DNA of 63,808 nucleotides, the filler included, from Stramenopiles sp. TOSAG23-2 (lineage: Eukaryota): assembly GCA_900128395.1 (NCBI GenBank). It is 2 parts of 2 records of this genome, joined end to end, with 100 filler letters (N's around TTAATTAATTAA, not from the genome) between each part and the next. Parts side by side here need not be neighbours in the genome. Positions count along the whole stretch, not along the records: positions 1 to 31,857 come from LT649365.1; 1 more part is not named here. One strand, given 5' to 3'. Shown here one piece after another: positions 1 through 12,000 of this stretch (position 1 is its first letter; the number at the start of each line of letters is the position of its first letter). The notes beneath the pieces were generated by a model. That model had not been told where the DNA came from, did not search any database, and was given only the letters and a program-made list of their open reading frames with translations. A program made the translations under genes and the position numbers.

Positions 1-935
1 TAAAAATATCGTGCATTTTGATCATTTACGTTAGGGTTAGAGATGCTAGCATTACTCAGCACTGCGGGGTCATACCCGTACATGACGGGACCTCTCACTC
101 TATTTTTCAGCACCAACATACACTCACACAAATGCCATTTCTACACTTTCCCATTATATACAAAGCTGAAACCAATACCTAAAAGTCGTATACTGACCAC
201 CTAAACAATCCCCGACCGTTCTCCCGTCCATACATCACGTATGAGTCGAGCTTTATACCGATATGTGATTTTCAAGATCGGGTTAGTTTAGGGTTACAGA
301 CCAAAAAATGACCAAAATATTGAAATTTTTTCAGAAATATCACCAAAATAGAATGTGTCGATTTTTTCTATCTAAATCTTCTACAAATTAATTCGAAATA
401 AGACACATCTCTTAACACCTGTCTAAACGAAAGAAGTACATGAATATTTCGATCTAATTATGTTTTAAATGAACCTGACAAGGTAACGAATTTTTTTCAA
501 AATGGTGATTTTTTTTCAAATTAGTATGGACATAGGGTGGACTAAAAATGTAAAATTTCAAAATTACAAAAGGTAGTTTTTTGTATATACAGATACATGA
601 CTTTAGCAAAATAAGTATCCATGATCAATTTTGATATACTTGATAATATACATACTAGGTAGATCAATATAGTTGTATCTACTTCACATTTGAATAACCG
701 TTAAAAGTTAAAAAAAACGCGTAACCCTATAGCTGTAACTCTACTTGATAGGCGATTTTCACATGTAGTGTCGGCTCTGTCTTACACTATGTAGTACAAA
801 AATACTATATTAAAATTTGATAGGTTTCAATCTTCCAAAAACGATATTTACAATTTATGTAAAAAATGATATTTCCATCTAAAATATGATATTTTGTGTG
901 ATTTCATATTAATGGTATTTATATGTAATTTTAAA

Positions 936-1350
936 AAAGGATGAAATTGTTAAAATGACGATGTAATTTTTACATGTTTTTTGTGTTTTAAAAAATGGAT
1001 ATTTTTATAGTTTAATGATTTTTATGAATTTTATAGTTTGTTTTAGTCATTTCTGTAAATTAATAATTTATTTAAGTACAAATTTAAGTGTATAAACTTG
1101 ATGCCAGAAATTCTGCTATCCCTAATTTCTGAAAACAAGAAAAAAAGGATGAAATTGTTAAAATGACGATGTAATTTTTACATGTATTTTGTGTTTTTAA
1201 AAATGGATATTTTTATAATTTAATGATTTTTATGAATTTTATAGTTTGTTTTAGTCATTTCTGTAAATTAATAATTTATTTAAGTACAAATTTAAGTGTA
1301 TAAACTTGATGCCAGAAATTCTGCTATCCCTAATTTCTGAAAACAAGAAA
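936..1350. repeat. Near-exact tandem duplication, unit about 207 nt
   Basis: aaaaggatgaaattgttaaaatgacg...ctgaaaacaagaaa occurs twice back to back with a few substitutions. Confidence 0.9.
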
Positions 1351-1405
1351 TGTCAAAATTATTTTGCCAATTGATAGGAAAAATGGTATACTAGTGGAGC
1401 CTAAG

Positions 1406-2092
1406 TTTAAAAAGGTATTTTCAATGTTTTTCCTTTGTTTTCATGTAATGAAATGAAAAATCCAACATCAAAACATTGGAATATTAAAAGTTAGGTAGAA
1501 AATACTAATTTTAATAAAATTTGATGGAAAATATGCGCATATTGCCAAGGATTGCTGGATTGCAACCATTTCAATAATAGTTACATTATGTTATTCTTGC
1601 TTTCTGGAAAATCTAAATTTTTTTAATATATATTCTTTCGAGTATTAATTTTAAAAAGAGAATATCTTTTATACACACCACATCATATTTATACACTTCC
1701 ACTCTCTTTAAGCTTTTACTTTACCAATAACATTTGCCTCGACAATAATAACACCATCAATAATTTAAAAAGGTATTTTCAATGTTTTTCCTTTGTTTTC
1801 ATGTAATGAAATGAAAAATCCATGTGATTATAGAGGAAATACTAAAAGTTAGGTAGAAAATACTAATTTTAATAAAATTTGATGGAAAATATGCGCATTT
1901 CAATAATAGTTATACATTATGTTATTCTTGCTTTCTGGAAAATCTAAATTTTTTTAATATATATTCTTTCGAGTATTAATTTTAAAAAGAGAATATCTTT
2001 TATACACACCACATCATATTTATACACTTCCACTCTCTTTAAGCTTTTACTTTACCAATAACATTTGCCTCGACAATAATAACACCATCAAT
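1406..2092. repeat. Imperfect tandem duplication (about 360 nt) covering the SPT5 3' end and 3' flank
   Basis: tttaaaaaggtattttcaatg... starts at about 1406 and about 1765. Both copies end in the last SPT5 codons (...aacaccatcaat). The copies differ by small indels and substitutions. Confidence 0.85.
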
Positions 2093-5000
2093 ACTCCCGT
2101 CCATAGTAACGATATAATCTTCTTCTTCTTTATTTTTAACCACCCCGCGTTTGCCAAATTCTTCTTCCTCAGGATCTAGCACAACAATACGATCGTCTTT
2201 TCCCGGTACAACAGTTGCTAACATGTTTTCATGCATATTTTCCTCTTGACCATTTGCGTGGCGTACTACATGTATGCGCGGTTGATCGACAAGACTTCTT
2301 ACCAGCTCTAATTGAACACTTTCATCCATTTTCAAGGTCAATAAAAGACCAGCAAACGTACTTGGATTAGGAGGAGTACCCCATGCATCCCCATCATCAA
2401 TATCATCAGTTTGACCTACACTTGGTGTACTATTGCCACCAATAAACGAGCCAGGAGTACCCATGTAACTATTATTATCGCGTGGGGTGTGACCAGCGTT
2501 GTCGCTTGGGGTATAACCACCTACTGTACTTGGTGGGCCAACATTCCCTTGAAAACTACTCATTCCTGGTTGACCGTAAGCAGTGCTGCCATTATTACTA
2601 TATTGCTGAGATTGGTTACTGGAACTTGAATTGTTGCCTCCCCAACCACTACTAGATGGTGCTTGATAATTCCCGAATTAGTGCTGCCATTATTACTATA
2701 TTGCTGAGATTGGTTACTGGAACTTGAATTGTTGCCTCCCCAACCACTACTAGATGGTGCTTGATAATTCCCGAATTGATTATATCCACCACCACTCGTC
2801 ATCATTCCTTGATCGTAATTATTTGTGACCATAGGAGTCGCACTGGGCGTTTGCATCTTCGGCGTATCCCAATCACCTTCATTTCCGCCAGTAAAACCAG
2901 GTGTTAATCCTCCCGTACCGCCTAAGTTTGGCGTCATGCCTCCCATTGCGAAACCTGGTGTCATTCCACCACCACCAAAATGAGGCGTTTGGCCACCAAA
3001 TTGAGAAGGCGTTTGCCCGCTCATGGTAGAACCCATAGGTGTATAATTATAATTGGCCATTACATCTTTATTTACAACTTCTCCATCTTTTTGATATACT
3101 TCCATATATTCGTTTTTTTGCACGGTAACCGTTTTATTTCTCGAATGCAGCTCAATGTCGCGATGAGTAGCAGTACCATCAACAATAATACCAATTTTTC
3201 CTTTCCAAAATCCTTTAATAATTTGTACAGATTTCCCAATCTTATATTCCTCACGTTCCCTTTGATTAATTTTGTTGATGTTCCTACGACCACTTTTACC
3301 ACCCAAAACTGGTGCTCTTCCATTCGATGCATTCGGAATCATACCTTTGGATAACGTCGTAAGGTCCTTATTTGATGCGTAACCAGCTAATTTTACATCT
3401 CTAGCAGTAACAACAAATATGCCAGCATTATCAATACGATCACGCGAATGCAAAAATAAGGAATTGTTTGTCATATGCTTCACAGTTCCACGTTCACCTT
3501 TATGTTTTCCAGTAATCACTGCAACAACATCGCCTTCAGTAACATACTGCCGATCAGATGTTACCGCCTGCGCTTTCTTAGAAACAAAATTCAAAGAACG
3601 AGAGATCTCCTCTGGTTTCACGGTAACAACAACACCACGCTGATCCAACATATCTAAACTTTCACGGGTAATCTTCACAACGCAGCCACGTTGTCCACCA
3701 ACACCTACCTGAATTAAATCATACATTTTATATCCATTTAATGTATTTAAATCAGTGGATACATCTGTACTTTCTTGTATATCAGTCACAAATACACGCA
3801 TTTCACGCGTTTGCGCATCATTAAGTATAGTGGCTTCCATTTTGTTACCAACTTGTTCTACATTTACTACAGTGCCAGTATCTCCACTATACCTTCCATT
3901 AAGAACTTTTACGTGCATACCAGTACTGAAATATTTTTCAATATGATCTAAACTTTGTTCAATCGTATCAACTCCGGGAATATTTATACTTGTTGGACGT
4001 AATTTAGCAGTTTTTTGATCAAGATCAATGCTAACAATTTTACAAATTACATTTTTCAAATCACTGGCAGTTATACGTACTGTATCACCCAATTCAAAAG
4101 GTATTATTTTCGAAGTGGATCCAAGCCGTGCATTTGCGGCCAATGCATCGGATGCTGAAAATCCGCTACTTCCTTCCCCTAAATTTTCAATGTCTTCCTC
4201 ATCTTCAGCATCTCTTTCACCACTTGCAATTCTTTCTTTTCTTGCTTCATTAGTTTGAGATTCAAATCGAGCACGCTCTTGTAGCGTAGGTTTCACATCG
4301 ACATCTACAGCAGTTTTGCCTACTCTTCGCTTGTATAAAAAGCCATCTTTGAAATATTCACGTTTAAAGCGAGTAAACTCATTGATGAATTTTTTCCCAC
4401 CGCTTGCATATTCATATTGTCTCATTTCATCCATTGGAATATTCCTATCATCAAATGGAATTTGTCCCACGCCAAATGTGCTTTCAATTTCCTTCATGTC
4501 GAAAAATTTAGCTGCTGGCCTTCCACCATGATTCCTATTACGTTGCCTTTGCGCAATGTATTCTTTCTCTCCTGTTAGCCAGATTTGTTCCAAGCTGACT
4601 TCGACATCTTGCTGATGATCATCTTTATAATAAATCCCTTTACACCAGCTAAGAGTTGGTCTAGAATGCATTTCCAAACTTTCCAATGCCCTTTCCACTC
4701 TAGCAGCCGCATCTTCATCTGCTTGCCTTACTTCATTTAAATAAGTTTCCAATTCCTTTCTTAAATAATCTTTCATGTATAAATGTTTCGGCTGTTCGCT
4801 CTGTATCAAATCAAGGCGTGGTATTAATCGCAATACAACTTGGCCTCGTGGATCTGAATCCGTCATCACCATGCCAATATCACCACGATATATCCCATTT
4901 TTCATACGTACCCATTGACCACGTTTTAATACATCTTTCTTTTTTGTAATACGGAAAATAGTGGTCATTTGTTCCACAGGAATCATCTGTATATCGCGCA

Positions 5001-5799
5001 TGAAAATCCCAGCAATCCCTTGAATAAATGATGTCACGTCCGTTTTATTATATGCCTCAACATAGATAAAACCACGTGTTTTCGATGCAGTGACGGAAAA
5101 GATAGGCACTCGTTTCTTTTGACGGGTATATGCATGTGATTTATTCAACAGTTGCAACGCATATTGTTGCTCTTTTCCTCTTAAACATTTAACGGCATAT
5201 AATTTTGGATCTTGCGGTGTTGGCAAAAATTGACCTCGCTGTAATTGCAAATTAGACTTCTTCAAGAGCTTTCTGGTCCTCTTCTCTTCTCTTCTTTGAT
5301 CCCTGTGACGTCGGGTAACGTCGTCAACCATATCCTGGGCTGAGAGATTTTTAACCGCATCTCGTTGCTTGGCCCGCTTTTTTAACCTTTCTTCCATATC
5401 CCTTCTTTGCTGCTTCAATTCCGCAGATTCATTTTCCTCATCCTTTTGCAGCTTTAGACGTTCTTTTTCTAATGCTTCCTCGTCTTCTTCATCATCTTCT
5501 GATGCTTCATCATCAAATAAAGAACTAACATTTTTACTTTTTTTACTACTACTACTACCACTACCAGAATCTTTTCGACGACGTTTCCTACTATTGCCAA
5601 CATATTCATCATCTTCGTCTTCATCGGAAGATGCAGAATCATCTGAGGATGCCGAATCATCGATAACTTTGCTTTTGTTCTCAGTGCTTTTTCCATCATC
5701 ATTACTATCTTCATCATCAGACGATGCAGAGTCGTCTACGTTTTCAATAGTTGTTTTCTTGACTTCCTCTTCAACATCTTTTTTTGCACTTTCAGACAT
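2039..5799 (-). CDS. SPT5: Transcription elongation factor SPT5 (ORFs 2560..5799 and 2039..2563 are one gene)
   Basis: Acidic N-terminus, NGN domain (DPKLYAVKC...GFIYVEA), several KOW motifs (GQWVRMKNGIYRGD, GDVVAVITGKHKG), Gly-Met-Thr-Pro CTR repeats and a terminal KOW. The frame break matches a 98-nt exact duplication (2582/2680); removing one copy restores the frame (3236-98=3138, divisible by 3). Confidence 0.95.
2582..2777. repeat. 98-nt exact tandem duplication that frameshifts SPT5
   Basis: agtgctgccattattac...cccgaatt occurs at 2582 and again at 2680. Confidence 0.95.
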
Positions 5800-6534
5800 A
5801 ATTATAATATTATTACTCTAAATTATATTATATAAAGTTATACGTATATCAATATATCTATCTATCTATATATATTCACGCCGAGAAGAAAAACAAAACA
5901 CCACACACACACAGTTATATAAACCAATTATAAAACTAAAATTAAAAAAGAGACGTAGTTGTTAAATGTGTTTATATATTTCAATTTTGTTATCTCTCTC
6001 TCTCTATATATCTTCTATCTTCCATGTTTTTAAATATACTATGACATAAACCTGTATTATTAGTAGTCCATTTTTAGCTGGTTATAGCTGGTTAGCATTT
6101 AATCTATTTAAGTCACTGATGCATCCATTCATTCTTTTTGATTCATTTTTATAATTTATCAATCTGAAAAATCGTAATCAGTCGTCTGGCAGTGTTGTCG
6201 CATGATGTTGTGTACGCCTGCCGGGCCTGCCCTGGGCCTGCTATTATACAGTAAGGCCTAACGATGCTGTGTCACCCTAATATTATATGGCTGGACCAAG
6301 TGTAGCATAATATAAACCTCGTACACCTTAAAGTATAAAATATCTTCTTAATTCTTAAATTGTCGTTGTCTCAATATGATGAAATACTACTTATAGTATA
6401 ATATTTTTGTTTTAGTTGTCGTCACTCTCCTCAGCTCACCCACTCTCTTTCTCTCTCTCTTTCTCTCTCTCATGCAACACATTTACTAAAATAATTTTTA
6501 ATTTTTTTACTTCTTGTTTTTGAAAATATTAAAA

Positions 6535-8169
6535 TTAGTCCAATTGAATGACAGGACCAGTGTACGGCTCTCTTTCGACCTTGTATCGCAATGGATCTTT
6601 TGAACGTTCACGATTAGCTTGTTCTTTGTAACTGTAACCATATGGTTCACGCTTAACAATACGTCCCCAACCAGATTCAGTTTTTAACTCATTGTCTTCC
6701 CAGACAATACGGCCAGCGGAAATAGTTTTATCAGCTATACCATACATAGTCATACCTTCAAAGATATTAAAGTCAACAGCATGATGATGTGTATCTTTTG
6801 AAATAGTACGAGTATTATCACCATCCCAGATAACGATATCAGCATCACTACCTTCAGCAATACGTCCTTTACGAGGATACATATTAAATAACTGTGCTGC
6901 TTTTGTACTGGTTACTTTTACAAAATCTTGTGGAGACATATCAATGCCTTTTACACCTTTATGCCATACAACTGTCATACGATCCTCGATACCATTGCAA
7001 CCATTAGGAATCATCCTGAAGTCGTCCTTTCCCATTGCTTTTTGGTTTGCACTGAAAGTGGCATTATCCGTCCCTACCAAATCTAAACTTCCTTCCTTCA
7101 AACGTCTTATTAAATCATGTTTTGTATCTGGATCTTCACGTAATGGTGGTGACATTACATGTCCAGCAGCATGACGCCAATCTTTATCATAATACTCACG
7201 CCCATCTACTGCCAATGCAGCTGCAATTGGCTCTCCCCATACTTGAATACCAGCTTTTTTTGCACGTTCAACTTCAAATGCAGCACTTTTTGACATCACG
7301 TGAACGATGTACAATGGCACATTTACTTGATCTGCCAATGCAATTGCACGATGTGTTGCTTCCGCTTCAGTTTCCTCTGGTCTACTCATTGGATGCCCTT
7401 CCGGTCCCATAATACCTAAATCAACCATTGCTTGTTGCCCATCATCCACCATATCACCATTTTCAGCATGTACTTGTGCCAATGCCCCAATTTCCTTACA
7501 ACGACGAAAAATTTTTAAAATTTCATCATCATACATACGCAATACACCATTATATGCTAAGAAAAATTTATAAGAATTTACACCTAATTCATTTGTAACT
7601 GTTGCCATTTCTTCCAAAACACTTTCACTGTACCAGGTAACAGCCATGTGAAATGCAATATCACAATTAATTTTCGGAGTTGCTTTTTTGACCCAATCTT
7701 GATGCGCTTCGATCAACGATTGGCCACGTCCTGGAACAACAAAATCAATTAAACATGTTGTCCCACCTGCTACAGCAGCCGTTGTTCCGTAATGATAATC
7801 ATCAATAGTGGTAGTTCCCATAAAAGGCATTTCTAAATGTGTATGTGTATCAATACCACCTGGTATTACATATCTTCCAGTAGCATCCACTTCCTTAGCA
7901 TTTTGTGGCAAATCATCACTGGAAATTTGCCCTACTTTGATAATTTTTCCATCTTGAGTAAGTACATCCGCTTTGAAAATAGCATCGTGGTTTACGACTG
8001 TACCATTTCTAATAATCAATGGTGGTGCATCTTCATACGTACGTTCTGAACTGAACGAAGCTATTAAGTTATTATTATTATTACCAATAATTTTATTTAA
8101 ATTATTCCCATTTTTATAATTATTACGTATTGATTTTTTCGTAATATTTTTTATTGCAGATAAAAACAT
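6535..8169 (-). CDS. DPYS: Dihydropyrimidinase (D-hydantoinase) with a presequence-like N-terminal extension
   Basis: PGGIDTHTH metal site, SYKFF carboxy-Lys region, HAENG, HVMS, GTDN and GRIAEGSDADIVIWD. The first ~41 aa are basic and contain no acidic residues. Confidence 0.95.
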   Translation of the reverse strand: MFLSAIKNITKKSIRNNYKNGNNLNKIIGNNNNNLIASFSSERTYEDAPPLIIRNGTVVNHDAIFKADVLTQDGKIIKVGQISSDDLPQNAKEVDATGRYVIPGGIDTHTHLEMPFMGTTTIDDYHYGTTAAVAGGTTCLIDFVVPGRGQSLIEAHQDWVKKATPKINCDIAFHMAVTWYSESVLEEMATVTNELGVNSYKFFLAYNGVLRMYDDEILKIFRRCKEIGALAQVHAENGDMVDDGQQAMVDLGIMGPEGHPMSRPEETEAEATHRAIALADQVNVPLYIVHVMSKSAAFEVERAKKAGIQVWGEPIAAALAVDGREYYDKDWRHAAGHVMSPPLREDPDTKHDLIRRLKEGSLDLVGTDNATFSANQKAMGKDDFRMIPNGCNGIEDRMTVVWHKGVKGIDMSPQDFVKVTSTKAAQLFNMYPRKGRIAEGSDADIVIWDGDNTRTISKDTHHHAVDFNIFEGMTMYGIADKTISAGRIVWEDNELKTESGWGRIVKREPYGYSYKEQANRERSKDPLRYKVEREPYTGPVIQLD

Positions 8170-9016
8170 CTTGTTCCTTCTCTCTCTTTCTGTATGTTTT
8201 AATTTTTTTCTTTCTCCCTACAATGTTTTTTTCTTCTTCTTGTCTTTTCTCTCTCTGTTATATAATGGATTTTATATATAATACATCTGTATCTTATATG
8301 ATAGTATAGATACATATTTTACTAGGCCGGAAGGCGGCACGAAGGGCACAAGGCTTGTTAACCGAGGACACAATACAATAATATCTTTCGCAACTTTTTT
8401 AACTCTCTGCTTTACTAAAAAGGAGGGGAAACGATATTTTGTTCAAAATCCAGCTTTGCTGCCTTTGTTAGGCCTAGATTTGTCGTAATAAAGCTCCTAC
8501 AAAAAAAATAAGTATGCTGGTAATATGTACACTACCAGGTACACGGTTCTTATTAAAACGAGGTCACAACGTCAGAACGTTGGCACAAAATACAGGCGGC
8601 ATATTATCCTCGTATAATTATAATGATGTATTATCAGGATATTCTTGTACTATGGCCATCTTATTTAACCACTTGCAGTTGTTGTTGTAATTGTACGCAC
8701 GTGCAAAATAAAAAAGAACAGTTAAAAAGGTGCAAAGAAAAAATACATACATTATCATAGGTATAGATAGATAGATAGATAGAGCAAACAGAAACAATAT
8801 AAAGTAGAAGAGAAGAATTGAGCCAATTAAATTGATTTAAATCCTCAAATTTATACATATATACGGATATTATCGTATTACATAATTTATATTGTTACAC
8901 TTTAATTACTTATATATATACACATATATACAATAATATTAAATTGTAGATTATTTTATTTTCTTAGTATAGTACACATAATAATATTAATAATACATAT
9001 ACGTAAAAAAAATAAT
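8170..9016. promoter_or_regulatory. Probable bidirectional promoter between DPYS and the DPYD-UPB1 fusion
   Basis: 847-bp head-to-head intergenic region with a GC-rich patch at about 8325-8365 in an AT-rich background. The function is inferred from gene orientation. Confidence 0.6.
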
Positions 9017-12000
9017 ATGATGTTATCCACATTTGCGAAGCGTACTGCCAAAAATTCTACATCATCAACCAATAATAGCTTCATAAAAAACAGATTGTAT
9101 TTTACAAAGACGAAACCAACATTATTTGCACATCATGCAGAGAGAGGTACATCGTTTGAAGCAGATGATATCGTAAAACGTTTAGAATTAAATCCAACGG
9201 TTGAAAAAATGAACAAAGTTAGAGCCGTTCCAACGACTAGTACTAGAAAAGCAAGAAAACATTGGAAACGTATTAATAATGAATTAAAGCCACCAATGCT
9301 GAAGGATTTCACCGACGCTAAACATACCACTTTAAGCGAGCAAGCTGCTATTAAAGAAGCAGCTCGTTGCCTACGTTGTGTTGATGCACCTTGTCAACAT
9401 AGTTGCCCCACATCCATCGATATTAAAGCTTTTATTAGTGCAATATCAAATAAAAATTATTATGGTGCTGCAAAACAAATTATGAGTGACAATCCGCTAG
9501 GTTTATCATGTGGTATGGTCTGCCCAACAAGTGATTTGTGTGTTGGAGGCTGTAATGCTGAAGCAACAGAGGGTGGTGCTATTAATATTGGTGGACTGCA
9601 ACATTTTGCCACAGAAGCATTTATGAAAATGAATGTGGAACAAATTCATGATCCAAATTTAACGTCGTTGCCTGCATCCAAGGATATGAAAATTGCAATG
9701 GTTGGTTGTGGACCTGCCTCTATTTCAGCAGCAACATATCTAGCACGTATGGGTTACAGCAATATAACAGTCTACGAGAAGGAAAAAGAATTTGTTGGAG
9801 GCTTAAGTTCAAGTGAAATTCCAGGATATCGTTTGCCATACAGTGGTGTACACTGGGAAGTTCAACTGTTGAAAGATCTAGGTGTTAAAGTTGAAATGGG
9901 AAAAGCTTTAGGCGAAGACTTCACAATACAAAGCTTGAAAGATGATGGAGCTGCATCTGTATTAGTTGCATGTGGCTTACCACAGCCAATGCGTGAAGAT
10001 GTTTTTGATGGATTAGAGCCAAAACACGGTTTTTGGACATCGAAAGATTTTTTACCTAAAGTTGCGGCAGGTTCGAAATCAGGAATGTGTGCATCGAAAT
10101 GCAAATTGCCAAAATTGAACGGCAATGTCATCGTATTGGGCGCTGGTGATACTGCATTTGATTGTGCAACAAGTGCCTTGCGTTGTGGCGCAAAACGTGT
10201 TTATGTAGCGTTTAGAAAAGGTATTCATGGGATGCGGGCAGTACCCGAAGAAGTTGAACTAGCAATGGAGGAAAAGTGCGACTTAATGCCATTTCTTCAA
10301 GTAAATAGTGTAGTTACGAACAAGGATAATGGCAAAATTAAGTTAGTAGAATTTTGCAGATCCGAGCAGCAAGATGATGGATCATGGCATGTAGACAAAG
10401 AGCAAACGTGTGCTATAAAAGCTGACCATGTCATATCTGCATTTGGCAGTGTATTGGAAGATGAAAAGATTCACGATGCATTGACAGGGTTAGAAATTAA
10501 TTCATGGGGATTGCCAGAAACAGATCCAACCACACAACAAAGTAGTGATCCATCCGTATTTTGTGCTGGTGATGTTGCAGGTGTTGCACAAACAACGGTT
10601 GAATCAGCAAATGATGGTAAAGTAGCTGCATTAGGTATGCATAAATATTTAGAAGGTTTAGCTGGAAATAGCGTACCAGAAGATTTTTCTATGCCAGGTT
10701 TTTTCTCCCCGATCGATGAAGTAGACTTGAGTGTCGAAGTCTGCGGGTTGAAGTTCCCAAATCCATTTGGATTGGCTAGTGCGCCACCAACAGGTACCTC
10801 CGCAATCATGCGTCGTGCATTTGAGAATGGTTGGGGTTTCCTTGTAACGAAAACATATGGGTTGGATAAAGACATTGTTACAAACGTTTCTCCTCGTATC
10901 GTGCGAGGAACAACTGGCGGGGATTGGAATTTCGGTCCAAATCAAGCCTCATTTTTGAACATCGAATTAATTTCAGAGAAAACAGAGGAATATTGGCTTC
11001 AATCGATTCGCGAATTAAAACGTGATTATCCAGATCAAATATTAATCGCTAGTGTTATGGCAGCTTACAACGAAGAGGATTGGTGCGAATTAATACGCAA
11101 TGCAGTTGAAGCAGGTGCTGATGCAATCGAAATGAATTTAAGTTGCCCACACGGTATGGGTGAAAAAGGTATGGGTCTTGCATGTGGACAAGATCCAGAA
11201 ATGGTCGAACAAATATGTAGATGGGCAAAAAAAGTTGCTCCAAATACTCCTGTATTTGCAAAATTAACACCAAACGTAACAGAAATTACATATATAGCTG
11301 AAGCAGCTCAACGTGGTGGCGCAGATGGTGTCACAGCTACTAATACAGTTTCTGGGTTGATGGGTTTGGAAGAAGATGGCAAAGCATGGCCAAATGTTGG
11401 TGAGGAAGGAAAGACTACATATGGTGGATTTAGTGGTAATGGTATTCGACCAATTGCATTGCGAGCGGTCAGTGCAATAGCAAAAGCATGTCCTGGATTT
11501 CCAATATTAGCAACTGGTGGGATTGATAGTGCACATAGCGCAATGCAATTTTTACAAGCTGGTGCACATGCAGTGCAAGTATGCAGCGCGGTACAAAATC
11601 AAGATTCTACTGTTATTAAAGACTATATTACTGGAATGCAAGCCATGTTATACATGGAAGCTCGTAACGATCCAAAGTATAAAGGCCAATCTCCAACATT
11701 GCAGCCAAGGCATCAAAAAGGGAAAGCAGTTCAAGGTGCAGAAGAAGTAGATGACTTTAAACCATTTTTCGGAAAATATTATGAGGAGAAAATATTTGCC
11801 GCTGCAGATAAACGTTCACAGCAAGAATATATTTTGGATGACCAAGAAATTGAAGAAATTAAAAGCATTAGGCCTGTACCACCATTAAAACAAAAAGTCC
11901 GTACGGTTAATGAATTAATTAGCGCAGGTGTTCATCGTATTGGTGCATGGCATGAACTAAGTCAAGCAGAACAGGTTATAGCGAAAATTGATCCTTCTAT

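Noticed and set aside
25-300. TTAGGG-like words (31-40, about 281-296; also about 40957) and a small hairpin near CTAG resembling a Helitron end
   Set aside because: At most two degenerate units with no array. The hairpin stem is about 6 bp and the CTAG is not followed by the expected T. Too weak for a telomere or Helitron call.
2039-2563. 174-aa ORF as a separate gene, or as programmed frameshifting in SPT5
   Set aside because: The frame offset is exactly explained by the 98-nt duplication. This is the SPT5 C-terminus.
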